From positions 1 through 31,968 of the IMG/VR virus record IMGVR_UViG_3300012921_000064: 31,968 bases of DNA. One strand, 5' to 3'. Of the stretch, positions 18,971 to 28,684 are shown piece by piece (within the stretch, counting starts at the first letter, position 1; each line of letters opens with the position of its first letter). Source of the stretch: a virus. Lineage: Duplodnaviria > Caudoviricetes. The notes under the pieces are model-generated. The model was not told where the DNA came from. It saw only the letters and a list, made by a program, of their open reading frames with translations, and ran no database searches. Both the position numbers and the translations under genes were made by a program.

Positions 18971-19981
18971 ATGGCACAGCTTGCCAATACCTTCGAAACC
19001 TACGACGCCGTCGGCAATCGCGAGGACCTGGCCGACACGATCTACAACCAGACGCCGGAGGAAACTCCGTTTCTGTCGCTGATCGGCCGCAAGAGCATCA
19101 AATCGGTCCATCCCGAATGGCAGACCGACGCGCTCGCCTCGCCCGACACCGCCAACAACCAGCCGGAAGGCAATGACTGGTCCTTCGACGCAGTCACGCC
19201 GACGGCCAGGGTCGGCAATTACGCGCAGATCTCGGAAAAGACCGTGATCGTATCGCGCACCCAGGACGTGACCGACAAGGCCGGCCGCAAGTCCGAACTC
19301 GCCTACCAGGTGGCCAAGCGCGGCAGCGAGCTCAAGATCGACATGGAGACGATCCTGCTGTCGAACCAGGCCTCCACTGCCGGCTCCGGCAACGGGGCGT
19401 CGAACCGCAAGACCGGCGGTTTTCGCGCCTGGCTCGCCACCAATGACGACATGGGCGCCGGCGGCTCGTCCGGCGGCTTCAACACCGGCACCGGCGTGGT
19501 CGACGCGGCGGCCAACGGCACGCAGCGCGCCTTCACCAAGACGATCATGGATCAGGTGATCCTGTCGGCCTACAATGCCGGCGGCTCGCCCAGCACCATC
19601 ATGCTGTCGCCTTACGTGAAAACGGTGTTCTCGCGCTTCCTCGACGACGCCGACGTCGTTCCGCTGCGCTCCAACCTCAAAGCCAAGGAACAGGCGACGC
19701 TCGTCGCTGCCGCCGACGCCTACCTTTCCGATTTCGGGCTGATGACGGTGGTGCCGAACCGGCAGATGGCGCGCGCGGGAGCAGCCATTGCCCGCAACGC
19801 CTTCTTCATCGACCCGAAGATGGTGACGGTCGGCATCTTCGACGACATCCAGCTGCACAAGCCGGCCAAGACCGGCGACGCGGAAAAGCGGGTGCTCAAT
19901 GTCGAGTACACGCTGGTGGTGAAGAACGAGGCCGCGCACGGCGTGGCGGCCGATCTGTTCGGCCTGTCGGCTTCGAGCTGA
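18971..19981 (+). CDS. Major capsid protein (DUF5309/SU10-like)
   Basis: 336 aa; GNREDL.D.IY..TPEETPF, HPEWQTD.L, N..QI..K, LK.DME, KTGD.EK, EYTL. Confidence 0.92.
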   Translation: MAQLANTFETYDAVGNREDLADTIYNQTPEETPFLSLIGRKSIKSVHPEWQTDALASPDTANNQPEGNDWSFDAVTPTARVGNYAQISEKTVIVSRTQDVTDKAGRKSELAYQVAKRGSELKIDMETILLSNQASTAGSGNGASNRKTGGFRAWLATNDDMGAGGSSGGFNTGTGVVDAAANGTQRAFTKTIMDQVILSAYNAGGSPSTIMLSPYVKTVFSRFLDDADVVPLRSNLKAKEQATLVAAADAYLSDFGLMTVVPNRQMARAGAAIARNAFFIDPKMVTVGIFDDIQLHKPAKTGDAEKRVLNVEYTLVVKNEAAHGVAADLFGLSASS

Positions 19982-20035
19982 TCGCTCGGCGCTGGCGGCA
20001 CAACGGCCTCGGCGGCGTTCCCGCGCTTCTCCAAG

Positions 20036-20075
20036 CCCCTCACCTTACCTCTCCCCGTATGAACGGGGAGAGGGG
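20036..20075. repeat. Rhizobial palindromic element (short form)
   Basis: CCCCTCACCTTA-CCTCTCCCCGT-atga-ACGGGGAGAGG. Confidence 0.75.
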
Positions 20076-20122
20076 ACGTCATCGTCGAGCCGATCGACAA
20101 CTAAAGTTCCAGGAGAAACAAA

Positions 20123-20557
20123 ATGGATTTCTATCAACCGATCTCGGTCACCGCGGCGGCGCTCTCGCTGACGAAAAAGGCGCATGCCGGCGTGCCGGTG
20201 ATCGCCAACCGCGCCGCAGGCATCGCGTTCACGCTGCCGGCAGCGGAAGGCAAGGGCACGGAGTTCGAGGTGATCGTCGGCACGGCGGTGACATCGAACG
20301 CCATCACCATCAAAGCGGCGAGCGCCTCCGACATCATGCAGGGCACCGCCTTCGGCGATGACGGCGACGGCGAGCCGGCCAATGGCTGGCCGACTGCAGC
20401 CGACACCGACACGATCTCGATGGACGGCTCCACCCAGGGCGGGCTCAAGGGCGACCGCTGGGTGCTGAAGGATATCGCGACCGGCGTGTGGGCCGTGAGC
20501 GGCTTCCTGCAGCAGGGCGGCACCGAAGCGACGCCATTCTCGGCGACGGTGTCGTAG
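20123..20557 (+). CDS. Putative virion (head decoration-like) protein
   Basis: 144 aa beta-rich, RBS AGGAG, directly after capsid gene. Confidence 0.8.
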   Translation: MDFYQPISVTAAALSLTKKAHAGVPVIANRAAGIAFTLPAAEGKGTEFEVIVGTAVTSNAITIKAASASDIMQGTAFGDDGDGEPANGWPTAADTDTISMDGSTQGGLKGDRWVLKDIATGVWAVSGFLQQGGTEATPFSATVS

Positions 20558-20680
20558 GCGGGCGGCGCGCACTGCCGCAAGGCCTGCTCTCTCAAGCAAT
20601 TCCAAGGACCTGGCTCCGGCCAAGTCCAAGAATAGCTATCTCTCCCGCAAGGGAGAGATAGCTGACCGGCAAAGGATTCA

Positions 20681-20992
20681 ATGATGGCGAAAGACTTGAA
20701 GGCCGAAAACAAGATGTTTCCGGTGAAGCTGCTCTACAATTACGCGCCGCAGGGCGAGTATTCGCAGTTGGGCTGGCAGAAGCCGGCGGTCGAGCGGAAG
20801 AACGCGGCCGGGCAGACGATCGTGGTCGAGCCGGGCCGCTTCATCGAAGGCGAGACGGCGCCGGCGCCTTATCCGGGCGTCGGTTTTGCCGGCAAGGTGT
20901 GGAAAGGCTCGGTCATCGGCCTGCCGCGCGAAGAAGCGATCGCGCTGGTCAATTCCAAGCGCGCCGAACGCGCCGATGCGTTCCCGGCGTGA
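20681..20992 (+). CDS. Hypothetical virion-module protein
   Basis: 103 aa, RBS AAGGA, host-like codon usage. Confidence 0.8.
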   Translation: MMAKDLKAENKMFPVKLLYNYAPQGEYSQLGWQKPAVERKNAAGQTIVVEPGRFIEGETAPAPYPGVGFAGKVWKGSVIGLPREEAIALVNSKRAERADAFPA

Positions 20993-21398
20993 GCTGCGCG
21001 AGACGCGGGATCGGGACGAATCGACAGGTTCATTCCGATCCCGCCCTGCGATGCCTTCCCGGCGTGAGCTGCGCGATGGGGACGGGAGCTGGGAGGTGTT
21101 CGAGGTTACGCCCGAATATCGCCGCTCCCGTCTCTGGATCGACGACAAATCCTACGTCCAGCGCACCGAATACCTGGCGGAAGACGCGCTGATCGAAAGC
21201 AACCGCCAGGCTTTCGATGCATCGCAGGGGAAACGCTTCGGCGACGGCAGGATCGTCGCCCGCATCCCGCTCAACCTGCTCTACGGCTCGACCAGCGAGA
21301 TCGCGGCCAAGCTGAAAGAGGGCGACCAGGACCATTTGAAATGGTTCCTGAACGGCGAGGAGGGCCGCCCCTGGCGCAGGTTCCGGGGCAGGCTGTGA
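20976..21398 (+). CDS. Hypothetical phage protein (start 20976 or 21051)
   Basis: VARIP...KWFLN....PWR pattern typical of podovirus head-tail region; duplicated start region. Confidence 0.78.
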   Translation: MRSRRELRETRDRDESTGSFRSRPAMPSRRELRDGDGSWEVFEVTPEYRRSRLWIDDKSYVQRTEYLAEDALIESNRQAFDASQGKRFGDGRIVARIPLNLLYGSTSEIAAKLKEGDQDHLKWFLNGEEGRPWRRFRGRL

Positions 21399-21450
21399 CG
21401 CCGCGCAATGGCGCGCGGCTCGCGACAATCAGGACAGCATGGAGCTGGCT

Positions 21451-22062
21451 ATGCCGATCAGCAGTTACGCCGAGCTGAAGGCCGCGATCCCGGTCTGGTT
21501 CATGGATCGCTCCGACCTTGCGCCGCAAGCCGACGATTTCATCGACCTGTTCGAGGCCTATGCCAGCAAGGCGCTGCGCTGCCGCCAGATGGAGGCGGTC
21601 GCGAGCCTGACGCCGGTCGCGAATGCCTGCACGCTGCCGGCCGACTACCTTGAATACAAGCGCGTGGTCGAAAAGGCCGCGACGCGTCGCGCGCTGGAGT
21701 TCATCTCGGAAGACGCGGCCGATCTCACCTATCCGCATCGGACATCGGGGCTGGCCAATCATTTCTCGATCGTCGGCTCGAGCCTGACGGCGCTGCCGCT
21801 TTCGAACAACGACATCGAGCTCACCTATTACCAGGCGATCCCGCCGCTCTCGAGCATCGTGACCAGCAACTGGCTGCTCGCAACATCGCCCAACCTCTAT
21901 CTGCATGGCTGCCTGATGCAGGCGGCCGAATTCGTGAACGACGACGCGATGCTGGCGCGCGAGACGGCGCTGACCACCCGCTTCGTCGAACTGCTCAACG
22001 AGGCCGACAACCGGGGCAAGCTCGGCAATGCCGGCATCACGCTCACCGGGCCCGTCTGGTAG
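21451..22062 (+). CDS. Head-tail adaptor protein
   Basis: ISSYAEL..AI..W..RSDL...FI.L.EA, LP.DYLE, YY..IP.LS...SNWLL...P.LYL.G.L; RBS GGAG. Confidence 0.85.
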   Translation: MPISSYAELKAAIPVWFMDRSDLAPQADDFIDLFEAYASKALRCRQMEAVASLTPVANACTLPADYLEYKRVVEKAATRRALEFISEDAADLTYPHRTSGLANHFSIVGSSLTALPLSNNDIELTYYQAIPPLSSIVTSNWLLATSPNLYLHGCLMQAAEFVNDDAMLARETALTTRFVELLNEADNRGKLGNAGITLTGPVW

Positions 22063-22074
22063 GGGAGTGAGAAC

Positions 22075-23520
22075 GTGATCCCATTCCCGCCTTTCGAGCC
22101 CGACCGCACGCCGTTTGCGCCGGGCACCTCGCCCAACATCGTCAACTGCCTTCCGGTGGCGGACGGCTGGGGACCGCTGCAGCAATTCGTGGCCGTGTCG
22201 CAGGCGCTGCCGGCAGGCCCGAAAGGCGCGATCGCGGTGCGCACCTCGTCCGGCTCGTACAAGATCTTCGCCTTTACCACGACCAGGGCCTACCAGCTCA
22301 ACACGACCGACTGGTCGTGGACGGACGTGTCGCGGCTTGCGGGCGGCGACTATGCCTGCCCGCCCAACGACCAGTGGTCGCTCGCCGTCTTCGGCAGCTT
22401 CCTGATCGCGGCGAATCTCGCCGACGAGCCGCAACATATCGACATCGATTCCGGCACGAACTTCGCGGCGCTGCCGGGCTCGCCGCCGCGTGCCAAATTC
22501 GTCGGCACGGCCGGCGATTTCGTCGTGCTGGCGCACACCACGACGAGTCCGCTGCAGGTGAGGACCTCGGCGATCGGCAATGCCGGCGCCTGGACCGTCG
22601 GCCTGAACCTCGCCGGCGACCAGACGCTGCCCGACGGCGAAGATATCTCCGGCCTGTTCTCGGCCGAGACCGGCTGCCTCATCTTCCAGCGCAAGAAGAT
22701 CAGGCAGATTGCGGTCACCGGCTCGGTCGATTATCCGTTCGCCATCAATGTCGTGAACGCCTCGCGCGGCGCGATTGCACCCTATTCGATGGCCGGCATC
22801 GGGCCGGACATTCTCGGCTATCTTTCGCCCGACGGCTTCTGCCTCGGGGTGGAGGGCCGCACCATCGGCAGCGAGCGGGTCGACCGCTGGTTCTTCGAGA
22901 CCATCGACCAGAGCCAAGTGCAGGACGTTCGCGGCGCGATCGACCCTTACAAAAAATGCTTCCTCTGGCAGGCGACGAAGCCGGACACGACCAAATTCAT
23001 GGCCGGCTATTCCTGGGCACTCGACCGCTGGTTCTATTCCGACCAGAACACGGCGCTGCTGGCCGACCTCGTCACGCCATCGATCTCCTGGGACGGCGCG
23101 AACGCGCTGTTTGCGAATTGGGACGCGGCAAATGTTGCCTGGGACTCCCGCCTGCTGATCGGCGGCGCGCCGACCTTCGGCGGCTTCGACGCCCAGAACC
23201 GGCTCGGCTTCTTCACCGGCACGCCGATGGCGGCGAGCCTCGACAGCGGTGCGCTGTGGCTGGCCAATCCGCGACGCGCGTTTGTTACCGGCGCGCGCGC
23301 CGTCACCGACGCGGCTGCCCACACGCTGAGCTTTGGCGCAGCCGAGAAGCATGCAAGCGCGATCAGCTTTGGTACGCCGGTCGCGCCAAACAGCCTCGGC
23401 AAATGCGACAGGCGCGTCGCCGGGCTGCTGCACCGCTTCCGCCTGAACATCGGCGCCGGCGAAAGCTGGACGCATGCCGACGGCCTCGTTCCCGACTTCC
23501 GGGCGGAGGGCTTCAGATGA
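22075..23520 (+). CDS. Tail nozzle / packaged-DNA stabilization protein (podovirus gp10-like)
   Basis: 481 aa beta-propeller-like sequence after the adaptor; IG.ERVDRWF motif. Confidence 0.82.
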   Translation: MIPFPPFEPDRTPFAPGTSPNIVNCLPVADGWGPLQQFVAVSQALPAGPKGAIAVRTSSGSYKIFAFTTTRAYQLNTTDWSWTDVSRLAGGDYACPPNDQWSLAVFGSFLIAANLADEPQHIDIDSGTNFAALPGSPPRAKFVGTAGDFVVLAHTTTSPLQVRTSAIGNAGAWTVGLNLAGDQTLPDGEDISGLFSAETGCLIFQRKKIRQIAVTGSVDYPFAINVVNASRGAIAPYSMAGIGPDILGYLSPDGFCLGVEGRTIGSERVDRWFFETIDQSQVQDVRGAIDPYKKCFLWQATKPDTTKFMAGYSWALDRWFYSDQNTALLADLVTPSISWDGANALFANWDAANVAWDSRLLIGGAPTFGGFDAQNRLGFFTGTPMAASLDSGALWLANPRRAFVTGARAVTDAAAHTLSFGAAEKHASAISFGTPVAPNSLGKCDRRVAGLLHRFRLNIGAGESWTHADGLVPDFRAEGFR

Positions 23521-23918
23521 GCGTCAACCTCGCAATCGGCGGCTCGCTCCTGCCGCCGGCTTCGACCGCGCTTGCGGGCACAGGCGAGACGGACGTGTTT
23601 GTGGCTGCGGGCGGCAGCCCGTCGACCGCGATCAGCATCGCCGTCGCCAACCAGGACACGGGCAGTGCCTGCCGCGTCACCATCCGATGGAGCGACGGCA
23701 CGAACGCCTTCCATCTCTTCACCGGCAACATCGAGGCGGGCGAGACGGAAGGCGTGTCGCATGGCCTGCCGCTGGTGCTGAACCCGACTGCCGCGAACGG
23801 GGCGGGGGTGGCGAAGAAGATCACGGCGCAGGCGGCGGCCGGGGGCGACCTCACCGTGACGGTGATCGCGACACGCGCCATGCCGCAGCAAACCGGCCCG
23901 GCAGGGAGCGGCAAATGA
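23517..23918 (+). CDS. Hypothetical virion protein
   Basis: 133 aa MSVNLAIGG..., ATGA overlaps at both ends. Confidence 0.8.
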   Translation: MSVNLAIGGSLLPPASTALAGTGETDVFVAAGGSPSTAISIAVANQDTGSACRVTIRWSDGTNAFHLFTGNIEAGETEGVSHGLPLVLNPTAANGAGVAKKITAQAAAGGDLTVTVIATRAMPQQTGPAGSGK

Positions 23919-24391
23919 TCAGGCTGGCAGCGCTCGCCGAGATCGACGCGACCTGGCCAAGGATCGCGGCGGGGATGGAAGAATGCTGTCGCCGCTCCGG
24001 CGGCGACATCACCCCGGACTGGCTGTTTTTCGCCTGCCGCAAGGGCGAGGCCCTGCTCTTCCTGGTCGAGGATGGCCGCGGGACGATGCTGGGCGCCCTG
24101 GTCGCGGCGCCGCAGCATTGGGCCGGGCAGCGCGTCCTGCGCATCCTGGCACTATGCGGACGCGGCCTGGCCGGCTGGCTGGGCGAGTTGAAGGCGTTCA
24201 CGCCGTTGCTCGGGATCGAAAAAGTGATTTTCGAGGGCAGGGCGGGCTGGAGCCGCGTGCCAGGGGTCCGCGAGCTCAGGCGGGTTTACGAAGCGGAGCT
24301 GGAGGGCGTGCCTCCTGCGCCCCTTCGCCCCTTCGACAAGCTGACGACTCAGGAGGGCGGCGAGACGCCGCTCCGAAGCACAATTGCATAA
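23915..24391 (+). CDS. GNAT-like phage protein preceding ejection genes
   Basis: LRILALCGRG, FEGRAGW.R motif; C-terminus reads through a palindromic repeat. Confidence 0.75.
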   Translation: MIRLAALAEIDATWPRIAAGMEECCRRSGGDITPDWLFFACRKGEALLFLVEDGRGTMLGALVAAPQHWAGQRVLRILALCGRGLAGWLGELKAFTPLLGIEKVIFEGRAGWSRVPGVRELRRVYEAELEGVPPAPLRPFDKLTTQEGGETPLRSTIA

Positions 24392-24409
24392 CAGAACGAG
24401 GCTTTGACC

Positions 24410-25237
24410 ATGGGTGGCAAGACGACGACGAGCACGAGCGAACCCTGGGCGCCGGCGCAGGGCGCGCTGACCAGCACGCTGGCCGATGCAGGCAAGCTCT
24501 ACCAGAACGGCATCGGCCGCAGCATCTGGAGCGGCCCAACCAATGCGCCCTTTGCGAGCCAGCAGGCGTCCGGGCTCAACCATATGGAAAATACGGCACG
24601 CGCGATGACGCCGTGGATGAGCAAGGCTCCCGAGCGGCTCGACGGCATTGCCAATGCCGGCCCGTCCTATGCCGAGCGCAACCTTGGCGACGTGGCGTCG
24701 GGAAAATTCCTGGCCGGCGGCGATCCGCATTTCGAGGAGGCGCTGAGCAGCGCGAGCCGAAGGGCGCAGGACGCAGTCAACCTGCAAGCCTCGCAGATGG
24801 GCCGCATGGGCTCGGGCGCGAATTACGGCAATGTCGCGCGCGAGATCGGCGACATCCAGACCCAGGCCCGTTCCGGCCAGTACAATCGCGAGCGCGCCTA
24901 CCAGATGAACGCGAACCAGATGCTGGATGCGGAGCGGCAGGCCGGGCTTGCGAACCGCCTCGCCGCCTTCGACCGCATGCCGGCGGCGTTCGACCAGGCG
25001 ATGCTGCCCGGGCAGGCGCTGTTCGACGTCGGCCATCGCTACCAGGGCCAGGCGCAGAACGTGCTCGACGACCAGATCAGGATGTTCGACGCGGCGCAGA
25101 GCGGACCGTGGGAACAGCTCAGCCGCTACAACGCGATCGCGCAAGGCATGGGCGGGCTCGGCGGAACGACGACGCAGCGGGAACGCGGTTTCGGGCTCGG
25201 CGACCTGCTCGGGATCTTAACGAAGCTGCGTGGTTAA
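24410..25237 (+). CDS. DNA ejection/pilot (internal virion) protein
   Basis: MGGKTTTSTSEPW start, Ala/Gln/Gly-rich, GRMGSGA, PWEQL..Y; position after tail genes. Confidence 0.8.
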   Translation: MGGKTTTSTSEPWAPAQGALTSTLADAGKLYQNGIGRSIWSGPTNAPFASQQASGLNHMENTARAMTPWMSKAPERLDGIANAGPSYAERNLGDVASGKFLAGGDPHFEEALSSASRRAQDAVNLQASQMGRMGSGANYGNVAREIGDIQTQARSGQYNRERAYQMNANQMLDAERQAGLANRLAAFDRMPAAFDQAMLPGQALFDVGHRYQGQAQNVLDDQIRMFDAAQSGPWEQLSRYNAIAQGMGGLGGTTTQRERGFGLGDLLGILTKLRG

Positions 25238-25247
25238 GGAGAGTACG

Positions 25248-25382
25248 ATGGGTGGCAATAGCACCACAGCTGCAATCGGCGCGATGACTGGCGTCCCGGG
25301 TGTGCCCGGCGCGTCAGCATGGTTGCCCGGCGCTCTCGAGGCGCTGGCGACGGAATTGCAGGCCGGCAGGAGCGGTGATTGA
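25248..25382 (+). pseudogene. Truncated copy of second 'MGGN' ejection-type gene
   Basis: Strong RBS TAAGGAG; MGGNSTT...PGALEALATELQAG matches MGGNNPTT...PGLIEALAAQLQAG of 28685-29044; stops after 44 aa. Confidence 0.65.
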
Positions 25383-25475
25383 GCCGCCACATCCCGTTCC
25401 CCAGCGACCGATCCGTATGGCACTCGTCCTCGACAGAAGCTTGGCCCGACCAGCGCGCAGCCAGCCGGGCGAGCG

Positions 25476-26937
25476 TTGCACGAGCCGCCGGCAGCGCGGC
25501 CTGCTATCCGGGCTAGAGCCGCGGAGGGTCGAAACGTTATCGCTGCGACGAGGGAACGAGAAGGTCATCAGGGCAGGCCCGTGCGGTTCGCCGAAGCGTG
25601 GGAGGCGACCGTCGAGGTTCCGGAATACGACATCATGGGCAATGCAACCGGCGGAACTATCAGATTTCAGCCGAACCTGCGGCCAATGCATCCGCTGGAC
25701 CCGACGGCTCGGGCTGACCCGCGAGGCCATTGGGCAATGGCTGACAAGCCCGGTGGCGCGGGCGCCGTGCGAGACGGCCAACCCTTCGGTCTGTTGCCCG
25801 GCTCGAAGCCGACAGGTGAGATGGTTGCATATCATCCGACCCTCCGCGACAGGCTGGGCAACCTCATTTACGATACCGCGACATCGGCCGGGTTCGGCTT
25901 CGACGCGAACAATAAGCGCGAATACAGCCAGATATTTGCCGACTTCACTCCGGCCGGGACGGTTTTCGACCTAGAGGACGCATACCGGGCTGTGGACGCC
26001 GGCAACTACTGGGATGCCGCGCTGCAGGCCAGCTTGGCGACACTGGGCGCCGCAGTTCCGATTGCAGGTAGGATCGCAAGCAAGGTCGTGAAGAAACTTG
26101 CGAGGTCTCCGATCGCGGACGAAGCCCTTTCTGCGGCGGTCGAGCGCGCGCAGAGCGAATGGCGCCGCCGACGGTGAGGTGTTGGACGCCTTTTCCTGGC
26201 CGGAAATGTATCACGACCTCGCCGATGAGCCGCAGCGTCCTTTCAAAGATGATTACCCGGATGTCGTCGAGGCCGATGCAACCGGGCGATTGCTCAAGGA
26301 CAGGTTGGGACTGCCGATCCATACGCACAACGTCAGTGGTCGCAGGACGAAGGGGGGACCAGACGTGGCCACGTCGCCCGCCGATGACCGAGCAGTTGGG
26401 GAGGCGCTTGGCGCGAAATACGAGGTCGTGAAGCGGGAGGAAATTGGTGGCAGTTCAGGAAGAGCGGGAGCCCATCTCGATCCGAATACGAGAAAGGTCG
26501 TCGCCGACTACGTCAAGATTGCGGACGATCTTCATCGGCGTGACGTACCACGGGCGGAGTTTCACGAGACTGGGCACCTTATCGATTGGGTAGCTGGCCA
26601 GATACCTATCGACGGAATCGAAGACGAGTTGCTGCCGCTCTACAGCATCATGCAGACCGGCAAGACGTGGCCTCTTACCACTCCACTGGACCGAGGCTAT
26701 TCTGGGCGCCAAGTGCAGTGGGAGTTGATCACTGAAGCCTTGCGAGCTTACCGGACAAATCCAAACGCGATGAAGAAGCTTTACCCCAAGACCGCGGACC
26801 GCCTTGCCTATGCGGTCAATCGCCATCCTCATCTCAACAAGCTCATGCACCTCAACAGCATTCTTGTAGGAACTGGTGCCGCCGGCATTGGCGCAGCTTT
26901 CATCGGCAACGAGGAGAGCAGAGAGCCGAGACTGTAG
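25476..26937 (+). pseudogene. Frameshifted polymorphic-toxin-like gene: pre-toxin-like linker + zincin metallopeptidase
   Basis: Frame A: ADFTPAG...GNYWDAAL...LGAAVPIAG..K..K; frame shift near 26150; frame B: FHETGH (HExxH) and ELITEALRAY..NP...YP. Confidence 0.7.
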
Positions 26938-27012
26938 CCGAGCTGCTTCTTTCTTGGCACTGCCTGTCAAAGCTGCTATGAGAAGGCACTATACATCCCG
27001 CGCGAGAACAGC

Positions 27013-27330
27013 TTGCAGGACGAAGCGAAAGAAGACATCGGTTTGTTCGCTCCCGTCGGCTTGTCGGCGCGTCGGAAGTGGCGCTCGCGGCCGTACAAGC
27101 CTTCCCGACAACTCGATATGACCCAGGCAGAGCGAGACTGGTTGGCGCAGTTCTTGCGCTGGGAACGCAGTCTGAAGCGGGTTGCGCCTCCGGACCGCCC
27201 CTTTACCGGCGAGGAGCGCTACAAGGGCCGCGATGACTATCCTGGATTCCCGGCATCCATAGAAATCCTTACTTCTGGTCATGGCCCCTTTAGGGATCCG
27301 CGCGCTCGAGAGAAAGCCAAAAGTCGCTAA
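27013..27330 (+). CDS. Small partner (putative immunity) protein, copy 1
   Basis: SRQLDMTQAERDWLAQFLRWERSLKRVAPP paralogous to 27877-28266; stop codon supplied by the palindromic element; start uncertain. Confidence 0.6.
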   Translation: MQDEAKEDIGLFAPVGLSARRKWRSRPYKPSRQLDMTQAERDWLAQFLRWERSLKRVAPPDRPFTGEERYKGRDDYPGFPASIEILTSGHGPFRDPRAREKAKSR

Positions 27331-27428
27331 AGCATGTCGCGTGAATTGGGATTCACGCGACATGCTTTAGGTCTTTGATTTTGCGCATGTCTTAGTCCCA
27401 AAACCGGGGCCACTTTTGGGAGACATGC
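27327..27428. repeat. ~100-bp palindromic miniature element, copy 1
   Basis: CTAAAGCATGTCGCGTGAAT-tggg-ATTCACGCGACATGCTTTAG plus a second GCATGTCT...AGACATGC hairpin; near-identical to 30022-30124. Confidence 0.92.
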
Positions 27429-27433
27429 CGTAG

Positions 27434-27800
27434 TTGGTTAGAATATCGGCTCCCCTTCGGCCGCAATTTATTGTGCACGGTATCAAAGCCCCGTTGTTCC
27501 GCATGTGGAGCAGTCTGAAGACCGGTAGGGAAGGACCGCCTTTCGTCCGTCCGCGGGACTACGGCTACGACGCGGACCAGGAGTTGCGTGAACTGAAAGC
27601 TGAAGCCGGACGTGCCTATTTTGCCGATCCGAACTGGACAAAGGCTCGCTACCCTGAGGTTGCCGAGCGCTTCCGAGACACCATCGCCAAAGACGAGAGG
27701 CTCCGGGAGATCGTCCGCCTCAATACACTTCTCCTTGGCGCCGGCGGCGCCGGGGATCGGGGCCGGCCAACTGTTCGGCAATGAGGAGCCGAGGTTGTAA
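27434..27800 (+). pseudogene. Orphan C-terminal half of a second metallopeptidase paralog
   Basis: TG..P...P.D.GY...EL.AEA.RAY..DP...YP aligns with 26098-26937; +1 shift near 27750 restores GIGAGQLFGNEEPRL. Confidence 0.75.
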
Positions 27801-27876
27801 GGCGGGCGGCCGGCTCATTTCGGCGCGGGCGCAAAACTGCTATAGTCGCCTCAGCATCGAGGGAATTTGGGAAGCT

Positions 27877-28266
27877 ATGGGCGACAAGGCGAAGGGGACA
27901 GAAAGACTGCCGCTCAAGGACCTGCCGCTGGCGGTTCGCAAGCGCCTGCGGCAATCGGCACTTGACGAATGGCATGAGAACCCGGGGAAGCGTTCCCGCG
28001 AACTGGATTTGACCTAGGAAGAGCAGGATTACATAGCCCGGTACGTACGTTGGAGCCGGAGTCTGAAGCGAGTTACGCCACCGGCCGACTACCGCTACCG
28101 CGGTGACGATTTCTATCAAGGAATACGGGATCCGGCGCTGCCGCCGTATGTCCCGGTCTCGCTGCTCCTTCGCGACGGAAACCCTCGCAGAGAACATTGG
28201 GGGTATCTGAACCGCAGGGGTCTCAATCGGCCAAGGCCGTTCGTTTTCCTCCAAGATGAAGAATGA
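27877..28266 (+). pseudogene. Small partner protein, copy 2, with in-frame TAG
   Basis: SRELDLT*EEQDYIARYVRWSRSLKRVTPP; TAG at 28015-28017 aligns with CAG (Gln) in copy 1; TGCTATAGT extended -10 upstream. Confidence 0.72.
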
Positions 28267-28684
28267 CGAGACGCGATCCTGAGCGGGGCTCGACGCGGCT
28301 CAAGGACCGGTGAGTTGTGATCCTGCCAGGGGCGGCATCGGCGGCGGACTTTTCCGCAGCGATGCACGGTACAGGCGTTACACACAAGATCACCATCTTG
28401 ATAAATGCGTCTGACCAAAACTCTCTCTCGAGAGCCCCCGTTGCAGAGCGTGAAGAGGGCGACCGCGCCTGGCATGCGGTAGCTGCTCTTGACGCTATGC
28501 CCCGCTATCGGGCCGGTTGAGCGCGGCAGAAAGCCGAGACCGTGGCGCAGCTGCCTCTTCCTGGCGAGTTTTTCGAAATTGCCTTGCCACGCCGACGCTG
28601 GAGCTATTTCCGCGCCGGCCATGCCGCACGAGCCCTGTCCCTCGTGCCATCGATCTCTTTGCTCAAATTCAGGAAAGACAGAAC

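Noticed and set aside
26140-26160. Programmed ribosomal frameshift joining linker and peptidase
   Set aside because: No slippery heptamer visible; many nearby lesions favour decay or sequencing error
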